DNA from: Hydrolagus affinis
Taxonomy: Eukaryota
Assembly: GCA_012026655.1 (NCBI GenBank)
Contig: JAAILG010000002.1
Span: forward strand, 1 to 64,000
Reading direction: 5' to 3'
DNA length: 64,000 bases
The notes under the pieces are model-generated. The model was not told where the DNA came from. It ran no database searches and saw nothing but the letters and a program-made list of their open reading frames with translations. The stretch's first letter is position 1, and the number at the start of each line of letters is the position of its first letter. This document shows positions 63,056 to 64,000 of the stretch, piece after piece. A program made the position numbers and the translations under genes.

Positions 63056-63692
63056 ATTCTTGAGAAGTACAGAAAGTCTGGTGTGCAGAGGCAAATATAT
63101 AAAATGGAAAATGCCATTTGTCTGTTGCTTCCACAAGGCATTGAAAATCTTTCCTGTTGTGAACGTTCCCTATCTAGTAAATCTTCTGGGGCCACGCTCT
63201 GCATAAACACTTCCTAGTCAACGTCAGCAAGTAAAACGCTAGAACATTTTTCACTGAGGATTCCTGCGCAAACTAAATATGAGATCTTCCAGGTTTGTAA
63301 GCGAGTAGAAAAGCCCCTGGCTGTCCAGCGCCCTGGGACGTCTGTCTGACGTGAATAGAATAGCAATTTGTTGTGTCAACGTTTTGCATTGTGGTAAGAT
63401 GAAAAAAATGCATGAGAATATTATCCACTCAAGAAAAAAAAACTTGTATGCAAAATTAAACTGATATGGCAAAGGAAGACGAGAGAAGATTCCTTTCTAT
63501 GGGCTGAACACTTTTACTGATGTAGTAGAATAAGCTTCGACGTGCCATTAGATAAACCGTGAAGAGTTGGAGAGGAACAAGCTGTTTATGAAAATCACAA
63601 GTCAAAACAAAGACCTTCACTCACTCCTCAGTGCACACACACTTTCCAAGGCTGAACTTCAATTGAAAGCCGCATTAAAATGAAAACAATAA

Positions 63693-63864
63693 TAAATTGA
63701 TTTCTTCAAACCACGACTGTTTGTGGGACACTGCTGTGCGCAATTGGTTGTCATGTTGCACCCACAAATATACAGTCAATTCATGTTACAGTGTATTCTG
63801 TGAAACGCTTTGAGATGTCTGTGAGACGTCATAAAGCGCCGTTTGAAACGCAAGGATTATTATT
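63693..63864 (+). mobile_element. Young SINE 3' half
   Basis: CCACGACTGTTTGTGGGACACTGCTGTGCGCAATTGG...GTGAAACGCTTTGAGATG...CAAGGATTATTATT. Confidence 0.92.
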
Positions 63865-63956
63865 TATATTTGCCCAACTGTGAAATCTCTATTTTAAGAA
63901 CAATTCTAATGCAATCATCTGTGAAGGTATAAAATGAAGTAAGCTCACTGCCCAAA

Positions 63957-64000
63957 CCCCTGCCTCCCCCTACCCCCCCCACCTCCCCCACCCTCCCCCC
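63957..64000 (-). repeat. C-rich tract (G4 potential on minus strand)
   Basis: Multiple C3-C7 runs. Confidence 0.7.

Overview
Eukaryotic, moderately AT-rich, repeat-rich non-coding vertebrate DNA, probably from a cartilaginous fish (holocephalan/elephant-shark-like, inferred only from the repeat repertoire). It looks like a large intron or intergenic region with one 100-N assembly gap. I found no protein-coding exon, RNA gene or prokaryote-type system that I can support, and the ORF-track entries are chance ORFs or LINE relics. The window contains: about 17 copies of a young tRNA-Ala-like SINE with an L2-type (ATT)n tail; older Deu-domain SINEs; L2 and CR1 LINE fragments, including many 60-80 bp L2 3' ends; a Tigger/pogo-like MITE; a hAT-Charlie-like MITE; and LF-SINE-like and other ancient SINE relics. 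Candidate cis-regulatory islands include an RFX X-box cluster with a consensus CTCF site, an ETS-CRE CpG-rich patch and a STAT/NF-kB patch. Family names come from remembered consensus features, not from a database search. Repeat boundaries are approximate (about +/-10 bp).
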